Positions 7,118-19,709 are shown, counted from the first letter of the stretch. The stretch: DNA of 35,421 nucleotides from Candidatus Kaiserbacteria bacterium (GCA_009691465.1 SICK01000004.1:1-35421); one strand, 5' to 3'. The notes: generated by a model from the letters alone, not told the origin. Translations and numbers: made by a program.

Positions 7118-9397
7118 CTAGACCACCAAACTGACTATCTTGCCGGGGATATAGACCGCCTTCTTTTCGGCCCCCGTGAGCCATTTTTTGACCGCCTCAC
7201 GGGCTGCCAAAAGCGCCTCGTCTTCGGATGCATCCGGCGCAAGCGTGACCGTGGCCCGGAGTTTGCCGTTGACCTGTACCGCTATTTTTATGCTCGAAGA
7301 GGTCAATTTTGAGGGGTCAAATTGGGGCCAATCAGCCAGCGTGATACCGGATTTTTCTACCAACTCCGAAGTCAGATGTGGGGCAAAGGGAGCGAGCAAT
7401 TGCAAAAAAGTTCCGTATAGATACAGGGGCACGGTCCCGTACTTTTCAAACGCGTTAAGCAAGATCATAAGCGCCGACACTGCTGTGTTCATCTTCAGAC
7501 TTTCGATATCATCCCCCACTTTTTTAATAGTCTGATGTACCAATGTTTCCAGTTCGATATTGGGTATGTCGTGTACCAATCCCGTTTCTAACCGCCACAC
7601 CCGCTCCAAAAAGCGGCGCACGCCGGCGATGTTGTTTGTATTCCACGGCTTCATCGCCTCGAGCGGGCCCATAAACATCTCGTACAGCCGCACGGCATCG
7701 GCGCCAAAACGCTCTACCATGTCGTCGGGGTTGATGACATTGCCCCAGCGCTTGCTCATCTTGCGGCTGTCCTCGGCCAAAATCGTCCCTTGATGCCGCA
7801 GCTTGAGGAACGGCTCGTCAAAACCAAGGTAGCCCAAGTCGCGCAGCGCTTTTGTAAAGAACCGTGCGTAGAGCAGGTGGAGCACCGTATGCTCGGCGCC
7901 ACCGACATAGAGGTCGACCGGAAGCCACTGCTGCATCGCTGCCTTGCTCGCAAATTCTTTTTCGTTGCGCGGGTCGGTAAAGCGGAAGAAATACCACGAC
8001 GAGCAAACAAACGTATCCATCGTGTCTATCTCGGGCTTCCATCCTTTGCCGAATATCCTCTCGGTCCTCTCGAGCAACTCCTTCGACTGTCCCAGCGGCG
8101 AGGTGCCGGTGGGCTTAAACTCGACATCGGTCGGGAGCATCCACGGCAGGTGCTCCTCGGGTATGGCATGCGCTTTGCCCTCCGGGTCATAAACAATGGG
8201 GATAGGCGCACCCCAGTACCTCTGCCGGCTGACCAACCAGTCGCGCAGACGGTATTGCTTGGTCCAGGTTCCGCCCACTTTGGCGGTCATCTCTTTCGGG
8301 TCTTCGAGCTCTATTTCGCGCACGGCCAGACCAAACTTCTGCGCAAACTCCTTATCGCGCTCGTCGTGCGCGGGGACGGCCATGATAGCGCCGGTGCCGT
8401 AGTGCCCAAGCACGTAGTCGGCCACCCACACCGGGACTTCCTCTTTGTTCGCCGGATTGATTGCCTTGACTCCCTTGAGTTCGACGCCGGTCTTATCCTT
8501 TCCTTCCGCAGAGCGATCTATGTCTGATTTATTTTTTGCCTCCTGCACATACGCCTCAACTTCCGCCTTGTTTTCATACGGCAAGCTCGTCACCAGAGGA
8601 TGCTCGGGCGCCAGTACCACATACGTCGCCCCAAACAAGGTATCCGGTCGGGTGGTAAATACCTCAATTGAAAATTGAGAATTGGAAATTGGAAATTTTA
8701 TCTGAGCGCCCTCGCTGCGCCCTATCCAGTTACGTTGGTTTATTTTTGTGGATTCGGGCCAGTCGACCTTGTCGAGCGAGTCCGCCAACTCGTCGGCGTA
8801 ATCGGTGATCTTAAAAAACCACTGTTCCAAGTCGCGCTTTTCTACCTTGGCCCCAGAGCGCTCGGCGGTGCCGTCGGGGAGGACCTGCTCGTTGGCGAGC
8901 ACGGTCTGGTCGACCGGGTCCCAATTGACCAACGCCTTCTTTTTGTACACCAACCCCTTCTCAAAAAACTGCGCAAAGAGCCACTGCGTCCAGCGATAGT
9001 AGTCGGGGTTGTGGGTTCCGACCTCTCTGTCCCAGTCGTAGGAGAGGCCCAGCGCTTTGATCTGCTTTCTAAAATTGTTTATCGACTTGTCGGTGGTCTC
9101 TTGCGGTGGCACGCCGGTCTTGATCGCATAATTTTCGGCCGGCAGACCAAAGGCGTCCCAACCCATCGGGTGCAGCACGTTGAAGCCGCGCATGCGCTGG
9201 TAGCGACTGTAGATGTCGGTGGCGGTGTAGCCCTCGACGTGCCCGACATGCAGCCCGTCGCCCGAGGGGTACGGGAACATGTCGAGTATGTATTGCTTCG
9301 GCTTATCCGACGTATCCTCTGCGGCAAAAGCGCGGGACTCCTCCCATTTTTTTTGCCATTTCGCCTCTATTTCTTTCGGATCGTACGTCGAAGCCAT
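7118..9397 (-). CDS. leuS: Leucyl-tRNA synthetase
   Basis: MFPYPSG.GLHVGH, GWDAFGLPAEN, editing-domain FTTRPDT and GTGAIMAVPAHDERD, SRQRYWG, KMSKR. Confidence 0.97.
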   Translation of the reverse strand: MASTYDPKEIEAKWQKKWEESRAFAAEDTSDKPKQYILDMFPYPSGDGLHVGHVEGYTATDIYSRYQRMRGFNVLHPMGWDAFGLPAENYAIKTGVPPQETTDKSINNFRKQIKALGLSYDWDREVGTHNPDYYRWTQWLFAQFFEKGLVYKKKALVNWDPVDQTVLANEQVLPDGTAERSGAKVEKRDLEQWFFKITDYADELADSLDKVDWPESTKINQRNWIGRSEGAQIKFPISNSQFSIEVFTTRPDTLFGATYVVLAPEHPLVTSLPYENKAEVEAYVQEAKNKSDIDRSAEGKDKTGVELKGVKAINPANKEEVPVWVADYVLGHYGTGAIMAVPAHDERDKEFAQKFGLAVREIELEDPKEMTAKVGGTWTKQYRLRDWLVSRQRYWGAPIPIVYDPEGKAHAIPEEHLPWMLPTDVEFKPTGTSPLGQSKELLERTERIFGKGWKPEIDTMDTFVCSSWYFFRFTDPRNEKEFASKAAMQQWLPVDLYVGGAEHTVLHLLYARFFTKALRDLGYLGFDEPFLKLRHQGTILAEDSRKMSKRWGNVINPDDMVERFGADAVRLYEMFMGPLEAMKPWNTNNIAGVRRFLERVWRLETGLVHDIPNIELETLVHQTIKKVGDDIESLKMNTAVSALMILLNAFEKYGTVPLYLYGTFLQLLAPFAPHLTSELVEKSGITLADWPQFDPSKLTSSSIKIAVQVNGKLRATVTLAPDASEDEALLAAREAVKKWLTGAEKKAVYIPGKIVSLVV

Positions 9398-9418
9398 TGC
9401 ATCTCAAAATACCACACG

Positions 9419-9449
9419 AAAAAGCCCCCCGCTACCGGGGAGCTTTTTT
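9419..9449. terminator. Intrinsic terminator
   Basis: AAAAAGCCCCCC-GCTACC-GGGGAGCTTTTTT imperfect hairpin with A and T tails. Confidence 0.7.
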
Positions 9450-9461
9450 ATTGTTCCTGAT

Positions 9462-10403
9462 TTAGACCCCCTTCGGGTACGGAGGGTAGCGCTGCGGGTC
9501 GATGGAGCGGTCAAAGCAGGTCTCACCCGCTTTATGGTCCCATACCTCACTCACACCGCCGACCGCCATAGGCTTTGAGATGGTTCGGCCGTACAAGTCG
9601 CCGCCTTTGGTACTAAACGTCGCACACAGCGTAAAGTCGAGCGGGCTCTGACGCTTGTAGGTGTACGCTTCTTTAGTGACCGGGTCGACGGGGATGTCTA
9701 CGCCCGAGATAGGGTCACGCAGGTCTTCGAGTTTTGTCGGTAGAGCGGTCTTCTGCTGCCAGTAGGTCACCACCTGCCACTGGATATTTTGTAGGTCACT
9801 GACGCGCTGCTGGTCGATCCGCAGTGCGCGCTGTTGCTGGGGCGAGCCGATGATAAGGAACCCTGCCGCGATGGTGAGCACCACCAACACGCCGACCGCG
9901 TAGTTGACGTAGCGGGCGTAGGCGGGATAGCGGGCCCAGTAGCCCCACACATCGGCCATAAAGTGCATAAAGCCGGCGGCGGCAACCAAGAGGACCACAA
10001 GCACCTTCAGCAAAAAGGCGGTCGTCAAATCTCCGCCCTGCAGGAAGGTGGTCAAAAGCACAATAAGGTCAACGACGATAGTCGCGCCGGCGACAAAGAG
10101 CGTCAAAAAGAGCGCCCAGCGGCGCACCCAAACCTCGGCCCGCGACGGGTCGGCTTGGATTGCGCGGCGTATGACGCGCATGAGTACAAGCAGTACCGGG
10201 GCCAAGACAATCAGCGACGCCATCTCATAACTAATAGAACCCGAGTACGGGTCGCCGTAATACTGCGCGAGTGCCGTGTCAGGGAAGGTGTAATTGATGT
10301 AATCGAAAATAAGCGACACAAAAGCAAACACGCCCGAGTACAAGGCGATCATTGCCCCTGCCCACAAAAAGAAGTCCTTCGGCGTTGCTTTAGGTTTATC
10401 CAT
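9462..10403 (-). CDS. DUF5671-like CPR membrane protein with a pilin-like C-terminal domain
   Basis: TPKDFFLW start, about five TM helices, RIDQQRVSDLQNIQ...LP..L..L...DP.T...Y.Y...FTLCATF; ATG 10403. Confidence 0.75.
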   Translation of the reverse strand: MDKPKATPKDFFLWAGAMIALYSGVFAFVSLIFDYINYTFPDTALAQYYGDPYSGSISYEMASLIVLAPVLLVLMRVIRRAIQADPSRAEVWVRRWALFLTLFVAGATIVVDLIVLLTTFLQGGDLTTAFLLKVLVVLLVAAAGFMHFMADVWGYWARYPAYARYVNYAVGVLVVLTIAAGFLIIGSPQQQRALRIDQQRVSDLQNIQWQVVTYWQQKTALPTKLEDLRDPISGVDIPVDPVTKEAYTYKRQSPLDFTLCATFSTKGGDLYGRTISKPMAVGGVSEVWDHKAGETCFDRSIDPQRYPPYPKGV

Positions 10404-10442
10404 AGCTAAAGTATGCATACGATACGACGCTTTGACAAGCTA

Positions 10443-10471
10443 TTGACAAATAAAGCTAGGTGTGATAGAAT
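10443..10471 (+). promoter_or_regulatory. Near-consensus sigma-70 promoter with extended -10
   Basis: TTGACA (10443-10448), 17-bp spacer, TAGAAT (10466-10471) preceded by TGn. Confidence 0.8.
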
Positions 10472-10534
10472 TGCCTTACCGCGGGATATCCGCGTGGTAC
10501 TTCGTTCCCACACAACACAGAGAGGATACCTACG

Positions 10535-11166
10535 ATGCGCCACAGCAAAAAGTTGTTGAGTGTCGAGAACGACCCGGGCGGCAATGAGACCGACTCGGGT
10601 TGGGTCGGTCCACTGGACAGCGGCCCGACAGTCAACAGCCGGTCGCGGCCCTGCCGCTGCCGGCACTGCCGCTCCCGACGTTTGAGATGCAATTCGGCGA
10701 CCAGTGGAACCCGAACTTTCTCCAGGCACACGCCGACATCAGTATACTCTTCGGCGGACAGCAGGCCGACCTGATGTTCGGCAACGACCACGGCGTCAGT
10801 CTGCTGAACGGCAACGGCGGGGACGACCTGCTCGTCGCCAACGGCGGCACGACGCTTATGACCGGCGGATGGGGGCACGACACGTTCTTCATCAACATCC
10901 CCGTCAACAACTCGGCTCCCACAAGCCCGGTCCCCTTCTTTGGGAACGGCAACAGCGTCACTATCATGGACTTCAACAAGTACGAGGATAGTGCGCCGGT
11001 GCTGATCCAAAGCAACGGCTACGGCTATGTTGTCGACGCCTTCGCGGCGGCCAAGAACTGGGGCTACGCCAAGGACGCAAATCTGGCTGTGGATATCAAA
11101 GGCGTCCACATTGAGTTCGTGGGCATCGCCTATGAACTCAACCCTTACATCGACGGTAAAGGCTGA
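10535..11166 (+). CDS. Small RTX/hemolysin-type Ca-binding repeat protein, apparently split by a -1 frameshift near 10630
   Basis: AGAGGA SD and ATG 10535 are in one frame; GGQQADLMFG, GNGGDDLLVA, GGWGHDTFFI and TIMDF motifs are in the 10600-11166 frame. Confidence 0.65.
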
Positions 11167-11190
11167 CGGCCGAAACAGTCAGCATACTTC

Positions 11191-11225
11191 AGGGGCCCGG
11201 CACAATGCCGGGCCCTTTTCTTTTT
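11191..11225 (+). terminator. Intrinsic terminator
   Basis: GGGCCCGGCA-CAA-TGCCGGGCCC followed by a T-rich tail. Confidence 0.85.
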
Positions 11226-11231
11226 ACATAG

Positions 11232-12182
11232 TTATCCGTGCAAAAATTCGATAACGTCACCATCCTGCACGACATACTCCTTGCCTTCGGTGCGAATTTG
11301 GCCCAGGTCGCGCGCTTTTGCAAAGCTACCGGCCTCGAGCAGTTTTTGCCAATGGATAACCTCGGCGCGGATAAACTTGGTTTCAAAATCAGAGTGGATT
11401 GCCGCTCCGGCTTTGGGTGCAGTTGCGCCGCGCGGCACGGTCCATGCGCGTGTCTCGTCCTCGCCCGTCGTAAAGAAGGATATGAGTCCCAACAGCTCGT
11501 ACCCGCCGCGGATGAGCGTGTTGATACCGTCGTCAAACACACCATACTCCTGGCGGAACTGCTGTTTGTCGTCGGTGTGCAGCTCGCGCAACTCGCTTTC
11601 GACATGCGCGTCGACCACCACGTAGGTGGCGTTATTCTTTTCAAAAAACTCCATCAACCGCCGCCACCGCTCGTCGTTGGGAGTCTCGTCCAGGTTATGC
11701 CCACCCGCCTCTTTGTTTAAGACGTAGAGCACCGGCTTTTTGGCGATGTGCATATGCGGGTCCTTCGTATCCATGTCTGCAAGTACAAGCTCGGTCAAGA
11801 TGAGCTCGATGTCGGCGAGCGGGTCGATCTGCTCTTGGGTGTTGGCGACGTTGGGGTTCTCAAAAATCCGCACCACGTGCGCGATAGCATCTACCTGCCG
11901 GATGTGGGAGAGAAATTGGTTGCCCAGGCCCTCCCCTTCTGATGCGCCTTTGACCAGCCCCGCGATATCGACAAACTCCACCGCCGCCGGTACATCCTTT
12001 TCTGACTGGCTTAGTGCGGCCAGCTTCTCGCGTCTTTCGTCCGGCACGGCCACCACACCTACCGACGGGTCGATGGTGGCAAAGGGGTAGTTAGCAACCA
12101 ACACGCTCTTTTTGGTAAGAGCATTAAAAAGAGTGGACTTGCCGACGTTCGGCAGCCCGACGATACCGATACTTAAAGCCAT
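11232..12182 (-). CDS. ychF: Obg-family ATPase YchF, internally shortened
   Basis: GIVGLPNVGKST, NYPFATIDP, DIAGLVKGASEGEGLGNQFL, C-terminal TGS-type EGKEYVVQDGDVIEF. Confidence 0.95.
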   Translation of the reverse strand: MALSIGIVGLPNVGKSTLFNALTKKSVLVANYPFATIDPSVGVVAVPDERREKLAALSQSEKDVPAAVEFVDIAGLVKGASEGEGLGNQFLSHIRQVDAIAHVVRIFENPNVANTQEQIDPLADIELILTELVLADMDTKDPHMHIAKKPVLYVLNKEAGGHNLDETPNDERWRRLMEFFEKNNATYVVVDAHVESELRELHTDDKQQFRQEYGVFDDGINTLIRGGYELLGLISFFTTGEDETRAWTVPRGATAPKAGAAIHSDFETKFIRAEVIHWQKLLEAGSFAKARDLGQIRTEGKEYVVQDGDVIEFLHG

Positions 12183-12198
12183 AAAAGATGAATATACA

Positions 12199-12816
12199 CT
12201 ACTCCCCCCACTTGCCCAAACGCCCCGCTTCGCGGCGCCAGCCGTTTTTCATCCACTCGGGTGCTATGTCGGTGGGTCCAAGACGGGTCACGCGTGTTTT
12301 AAATCCGGCAAACCACAGGATGCCCATTTTTATTTCGTTGGTGTAGTCGCCAAAGAACAACCAAATAAACCACGGCGGCGACCCGGAGAGCACAATGACG
12401 CGCGCGGTCTTGCCTTTAAGGCGTTTGCGCCAGCCGAGCGCCAATGTACCGTTGCTATGTTTGCGCATGTTGAAAGAAAATCCCGGCAGCCACATGCGGT
12501 CAAAGAGGCCTTTAAGCAGCGCGGGCATAGTCTGCCACCAGTTGGGGTACACAATCACAAAATGGTCGGCCCACTTGATGGCCTCTTGCAGGGTTTTGAG
12601 GTCGGGTTCCAGCTCTTGTATCGCCGTGTAGCCCAAATGGAGTATGGGGTCGAACTTCAGCTCGGCCAAGTTAAACCGCCGGACATCGTGGCCCTCTTTT
12701 TTGGCGGCGGTCTCGTAGATGAGCGCCATCTCGCTCGACAGCGTAGCCCCCGGGTTGGGGTGGCCGAGCAACAAGACTATCTTTTTCTTTTTTGAATGGT
12801 CGCTGAAAAATCCCAT
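12199..12816 (-). CDS. Flavodoxin_2-family NAD(P)H:quinone oxidoreductase
   Basis: LLGHP, FDPILH, LEPDL....AIKWADH....YPNWW..MPALLKGLFDR. Confidence 0.88.
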   Translation of the reverse strand: MGFFSDHSKKKKIVLLLGHPNPGATLSSEMALIYETAAKKEGHDVRRFNLAELKFDPILHLGYTAIQELEPDLKTLQEAIKWADHFVIVYPNWWQTMPALLKGLFDRMWLPGFSFNMRKHSNGTLALGWRKRLKGKTARVIVLSGSPPWFIWLFFGDYTNEIKMGILWFAGFKTRVTRLGPTDIAPEWMKNGWRREAGRLGKWGE

Positions 12817-12822
12817 ATGTTT

Positions 12823-13788
12823 CTACGCTAACTTTACCACTGCCGGGCGGTCATGGCGCTCGAGGTCTGCAGGAGTTTTCGGCATAACCCGCAGTGCCGG
12901 GAGAGCAGATTGCTCGGCTTGAGGCGCTGTGCTCGCAGCGCTAGCCTTTGGCGGAGCAGGGGGTGGTGGCGGTGGGACCGGGCGTGCTGCAGAAGAGGCG
13001 CTTTGCACGGGTACGGGCCATAGGGGCTCGGAATGCTCGAGCAGGTTGGGGTTTTTGGTGAGCGTCAGCGGCGATGGGATAACCGGCAGGTTGATTGGAG
13101 GCGGTGGTACAGGCTTTGGTGGTGGAGGTGGAGGTGGAGGTGGCGGAACTGGTTTGGGGAGCGGAGGTGGAGGAGGTGGGGGTGGGGGTGGAACTGGCTT
13201 AGGAGTAAGCGGCGGCGTTTTTATAATGACCGGCGCAGGGACAGGTTTGGGGACTTCTTTGACCACCAGTTTCGGTGCAGCAATAACCAACGGAGATTTT
13301 TTCCTCCAGTGCATCAACCCCAAAAAACTTGCCCACACGACTGCAAACAGCACCATCCAAGTCACGTACAGTATCCCGAGCGTTGCCCACGAGGCGACCG
13401 GGGCAAGCGTGTGTATCAAAAAAAGAGCATACCACGTGCCGCCGGCAAACCCATACACAATGTTGCTCCACCCCTGCAGTCTCCCCTGCACCATATGAAC
13501 CCCGAGCAGTACCAGCACCAGCGCGCATTTAAACAAAAACGCGGGTTCGTAGAGCACTGCCCCCGCAATAGGCAGGTATGCAAAAGCGGACGCAATGATA
13601 AACACAAAACCAACCGTAAGCGCGTTGTGGGCCGCATGCGCGTAGCTTGCATGCGGAGAGTCCTTCTCACCATGATGCACGGCGACCAGGTGCGTGCACA
13701 AAAGCACGGTCATCGAGCCCACGCCGAGCATCACGCCGAGCTGTTGCCCCAGGTAGATAGCAATATAAAGGAGCTCTCCGAGCGCCAT
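12823..13788 (-). CDS. Membrane protein with a long poly-proline C-terminal tail
   Basis: About five N-terminal TM helices followed by repeated PKPVPPPP tracts; TGC-TATACT box 8 nt before the ATG. Confidence 0.75.
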   Translation of the reverse strand: MALGELLYIAIYLGQQLGVMLGVGSMTVLLCTHLVAVHHGEKDSPHASYAHAAHNALTVGFVFIIASAFAYLPIAGAVLYEPAFLFKCALVLVLLGVHMVQGRLQGWSNIVYGFAGGTWYALFLIHTLAPVASWATLGILYVTWMVLFAVVWASFLGLMHWRKKSPLVIAAPKLVVKEVPKPVPAPVIIKTPPLTPKPVPPPPPPPPPPLPKPVPPPPPPPPPPKPVPPPPINLPVIPSPLTLTKNPNLLEHSEPLWPVPVQSASSAARPVPPPPPPAPPKASAASTAPQAEQSALPALRVMPKTPADLERHDRPAVVKLA

Positions 13789-13817
13789 ATCTCAAAAGTA
13801 TAGCAGACAAAAATTTG

Positions 13818-13890
13818 TGGACCCGACCGGGATCGAACCGGTTACCTCTTCCATGCCATGGAAGCGCTCTACCAAGTGAGCTACGGGCCC
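13818..13890 (-). tRNA. tRNA-Ala(GGC)
   Basis: Cloverleaf; anticodon arm CTTCC-ATGGCAT-GGAAG; G3:U70 pair; CCA not encoded. Confidence 0.95.
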
Positions 13891-13918
13891 TGCAGACGAT
13901 TAATGTAGCACAAACATT

Positions 13919-14155
13919 TTACAAAATCACCGTGGCGCCATCGGAGCGGACTTCGAGTACGCCGCCTTCGATTGAGAATACTTTTGGTGCATCACCGGCG
14001 ACGAGGTGCACGCGGGCTTCGCCCGGTTTAAGCGTGGTGATAAGCGGCTCGTGGTGCCCCAGCACGGTCATCTCCCCTTCTGCACCAGGGACGGTCAGCG
14101 AGTATGCCTCTCCCTCAAACAACACCTCATCAACTTTTGCAATAACAACATGCAT
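13919..14155 (-). CDS. atpC: F1 epsilon subunit, beta-sandwich domain only
   Basis: PGAEGEMTVLGHHEPLIT, GGVLEV; last gene of the atp operon; 78 aa. Confidence 0.9.
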   Translation of the reverse strand: MHVVIAKVDEVLFEGEAYSLTVPGAEGEMTVLGHHEPLITTLKPGEARVHLVAGDAPKVFSIEGGVLEVRSDGATVIL

Positions 14156-14180
14156 AAAATATGGAGGACTGTCCTTGATA

Positions 14181-15551
<1,371 letters not shown>

Positions 15552-16415
15552 TTATGCGATCGCCTCCATACCGCCGATAATCTCCGACACTTCGCGTGTG
15601 ATAGCCGCCTGCCGCGCTTTGTTAAAGCTCAACGTCAGCTCCTCCTGCTTCTCGCCCGCTTTGTCCGAAGCCGACTTCATCGCCACCATGCGCGCGCTGT
15701 GCTCGCTCGCCTGGCTCTCGAGCAGTGCATGATGCAGTATGATTTGTGCGAGCCTCGGCAGCAACACGTCGAGCACCTCTGACTCGCCGGGCTCGATAGT
15801 GTAGGAGGCGGGCGCAGAAACGGTGTCAGTCTGCGCAAAGAGCCCGCGCGCGGGCACGATATCCTCGACCACGCGCACGAGCTCTTGCGTGGTAAGCGGG
15901 AACATTTGCCGCACCGTGGGGCGCTGTTCAAACGTCGATACAAAGTTTTGATACGCCACAAATACCGCATCCGCCTCTCCTGCGGCAAACCTTTCTGCAA
16001 GGTCTGCCGCGTTTGCCGCTTTGCTGATACTAAATCCGCGCTTACCGAAATAGTCTTCGGCTTTTTTACCCAAAGCGACCACTTCGACACTTTGCGGTGT
16101 GAGCCCGCGCTCGGTCATATGCGCATGCGCCGCACGCAACACACTCGAGTTGAGCCCGCCGGCCAGCCCTTTGTCGCTCGTAATCACCACGTATATCGCT
16201 TTGGCAACCGGGCGGCTCTGCATCAGCGGGTGTTCTTCGGCGCCCGAAACGCGCGAGAGCACCGAGGCGGCGGCACGGGCATAGGCGCGGCCGCGCAGCG
16301 CCGTCTGCTGGGCTTTGCGCATCTTGGCAGCCGAAACCGCCTCCATCGCTTTGGTGACGGTCTGCGACTTTTTCATCGCCACTATCTTGGTCTTTATTTG
16401 CTTTAATCCAGCCAT
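15552..16415 (-). CDS. atpG: F1 gamma subunit
   Basis: TKAMEAVSAAKMRK, SDKGLAGG, SEHSARMVAM, NKARQAAITRE. Confidence 0.96.
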   Translation of the reverse strand: MAGLKQIKTKIVAMKKSQTVTKAMEAVSAAKMRKAQQTALRGRAYARAAASVLSRVSGAEEHPLMQSRPVAKAIYVVITSDKGLAGGLNSSVLRAAHAHMTERGLTPQSVEVVALGKKAEDYFGKRGFSISKAANAADLAERFAAGEADAVFVAYQNFVSTFEQRPTVRQMFPLTTQELVRVVEDIVPARGLFAQTDTVSAPASYTIEPGESEVLDVLLPRLAQIILHHALLESQASEHSARMVAMKSASDKAGEKQEELTLSFNKARQAAITREVSEIIGGMEAIA

Positions 16416-16432
16416 TTGTTATTTGATGCTTG

Positions 16433-18001
16433 TTACTTGGAGCTTACCTCGAAGAGGTCAGGATGTGTGTCTTCGAATTTCTTCAGTTGGACTTTGAGCT
16501 CCTCTTCGGTCTGGACCGCAATGTCGCGTGCGCGCGCTATCGACTCGAGTATCATCTGGGCGTTTGTATCGAGATATGTCATCAGCTTTTCCTCGTACTC
16601 CGGGACACGCTCGACAGGCACGCGCGCAAGATAGCCGTTGACTGCCGCGTAGATAATGAGCGCCTGCCGCTCAAAAGCCATCGGGGCCGCGTTCTTTTGT
16701 CGCAAAATCGCCATCAGCCGCTGGCCAAAGTCGATGCGCTTCTTGGTGTCGGGGTCGAGGTCTTGGGCAAACTGCATAAACGCCTCCAACTCGCGGAATT
16801 GCGCCAGCTCAAGCTTGATACGACCGCTGACTTTTTTCATCGCTTTGGTCTGCGCCGAGGAGCCGACGCGCGACACCGAGATGCCCGCGTTGATAGCGGG
16901 GCGCATCCCTTTGTTAAAGAGGTCTGTCTCGAGGAATATCTGTCCGTCGGTGATAGAGATGACGTTGGTGGGGATATAGCCGGAGACGTCGCCTTCTTGC
17001 GTTTCGATAATAGGGAGCGCGGTCAGCGAGCCCCCGCCTTTTTCTTTATTAAGCTTGGCGGCGCGCTCCAGAAGGCGCGAGTGCAGGTAGAAGACGTCGC
17101 CCGGGTACGCCTCGCGGCCCGGTGGGCGGCGCAACAGCAACGACAGCTGGCGATACGCCACCGCGTGTTTGGACAGGTCGTCATAAATAATCAATGCATC
17201 GCGGCCTTGGTCCATAAAATATTCGCCCACCGCCGCACCGGCAAAGGGTGCCAAGTACTGCAGGGCCGCCGGAGCCGATGCGCCGGCATCCACCACAATC
17301 GTGTACTCCATCGCCCCCGCCTCTTTGAGCTGTTGCACCAGCCGCGCGGTCTTACTTTCTTTCTGCCCCACCGACACATAAATACAAATCGGCCGCGACT
17401 CTGCGGGCTCGGATTTTTGGTTCAAAATAGTATCAACCGCGACCGTGGTCTTGCCGGTGTATCGGTCGCCGATAATCAGCTCGCGCTGGCCGCGGCCGAT
17501 GGGGATCATCGAGTCGATGGCTTTGATGCCCGTGTGCAAAGGTTGGTTGACCGACTGGCGGTCCATCACACCGTAGGCCTCACGTTCGATAGGGTTGCGC
17601 CGATTGCTTGCAATCGCCCCGAGTCCATCGAGGGGTTCTCCCAAGGGGCTTACAACGCGGCCCAACAATGCGTCGCCCACGGGGATAGAAAGTACTTCTC
17701 CGGTCGCTTCGACCGTCATCCCCTCTTGTATCGCCCCCGTATCACCAAGCACTATCGCGCGTACCGAGTCCTCTTCGAGGTTGAGTATCACGCCATAGAC
17801 CGCAGAAGCCCCTACTGCGTCTCTGAGCGCCTTGCCGTGAGCAACGTCGAATCGGACCATCTCCGACATAGTGGCGCCGGAGAGCCCCTCTATCTCGGCA
17901 ACGCCGTCGCCCACACGCAACACCACCCCCGTGTTGGTGGGGCGGGCAGAAGGCTTGAAGCCCTCTATTTCTTTTTTAAATTGTTCGATGAAGTTAGGCA
18001 T
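16433..18001 (-). CDS. atpA: F1 alpha subunit
   Basis: [46 protein letters not shown]. Confidence 0.98.
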   Translation of the reverse strand: MPNFIEQFKKEIEGFKPSARPTNTGVVLRVGDGVAEIEGLSGATMSEMVRFDVAHGKALRDAVGASAVYGVILNLEEDSVRAIVLGDTGAIQEGMTVEATGEVLSIPVGDALLGRVVSPLGEPLDGLGAIASNRRNPIEREAYGVMDRQSVNQPLHTGIKAIDSMIPIGRGQRELIIGDRYTGKTTVAVDTILNQKSEPAESRPICIYVSVGQKESKTARLVQQLKEAGAMEYTIVVDAGASAPAALQYLAPFAGAAVGEYFMDQGRDALIIYDDLSKHAVAYRQLSLLLRRPPGREAYPGDVFYLHSRLLERAAKLNKEKGGGSLTALPIIETQEGDVSGYIPTNVISITDGQIFLETDLFNKGMRPAINAGISVSRVGSSAQTKAMKKVSGRIKLELAQFRELEAFMQFAQDLDPDTKKRIDFGQRLMAILRQKNAAPMAFERQALIIYAAVNGYLARVPVERVPEYEEKLMTYLDTNAQMILESIARARDIAVQTEEELKVQLKKFEDTHPDLFEVSSK

Positions 18002-18233
18002 TGGTGAGTGTTCTATACAGTTCCAACAGGACTCGGGTGCGTTCTTTTTCGGGAGTTACTTTTTTATGTTCCTTCAGCCGATGCTCTTGCAGCACCAACT
18101 TTTGGTATTCCGAGTAAATATGCGGGAGCAACTTTTCGTGACCGCGGCGCGCCAGCGCCCCCCGCAGGTCCCCCAACTTGGCCCGGTCTCCCAGCGCGTA
18201 TAAAGCTTGTGCATAATCCGAAGCAAGAGACAT
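17994..18233 (-). CDS. atpH: Truncated F1 delta subunit
   Basis: Position between atpF and atpA; N-terminal A..YAQALY motif; only 79 aa. Confidence 0.6.
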   Translation of the reverse strand: MSLASDYAQALYALGDRAKLGDLRGALARRGHEKLLPHIYSEYQKLVLQEHRLKEHKKVTPEKERTRVLLELYRTLTNA

Positions 18234-18241
18234 ATACTTTT

Positions 18242-18703
18242 TTATTTGCCCAAGGCAGAGCCTTGTGCTGTGAGCGCTTTCTCCATCCCCAGCACAATAA
18301 GCTTGGCGACCTCTTGCTTACTTTCTGCTATCGCTCGGGCCTTAAGGTCGGCGGCATGCGCCTCAGCCTCGCGCACCAGCGCCGCGGCGGCGGCCTCGCC
18401 TTTTGCCGCCAACTCGCGCTCTTTTTTGGTGCCGGCCGCACGCGCGGCGGCGGCCAGCGAGTCGGCCTCCTTGCCCGCCTCGGCAAGCACTAGGGCGCGC
18501 GCCTGTGCCGTCTCGGCCAGCGCAGCTGCGGCAGCGGCCGCATCACGCACGCCTTGTGACACCACTACTCGACGTTGCTCGAGCATACGCATCACCGGTG
18601 CATACAAAAAGTACCACAGCACCGCCAACAGCAGGCCAAAATTGACCGCGTTTATAAGCAGCAAGTGCCAGTCTATGCCGAAGGTGGTAAGAATTGCGTC
18701 CAT
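18242..18703 (-). CDS. atpF: Fo subunit b
   Basis: FGIDW.....NF..LL..L..FLY.P....LEQRR followed by an Ala-rich coiled coil. Confidence 0.92.
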   Translation of the reverse strand: MDAILTTFGIDWHLLLINAVNFGLLLAVLWYFLYAPVMRMLEQRRVVVSQGVRDAAAAAAALAETAQARALVLAEAGKEADSLAAAARAAGTKKERELAAKGEAAAAALVREAEAHAADLKARAIAESKQEVAKLIVLGMEKALTAQGSALGK

Positions 18704-18724
18704 GAGGCGGAGAACAAAGTAACA

Positions 18725-19676
<952 letters not shown>

Positions 19677-19709
19677 ACCGATACCCTTTTATAGCATATA
19701 ATCAAGCAC

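Noticed and set aside
12929-13498. Gly-rich plus-strand ORF
   Set aside because: Simply the reverse complement of the poly-proline codons
16430-18007. 525-aa ORF antisense to atpA, and similar long antisense ORFs over mltG, the sigma-like gene, leuS and uvrA
   Set aside because: Codon-registered shadows of GC3-rich genes with no recognisable motifs or expression signals
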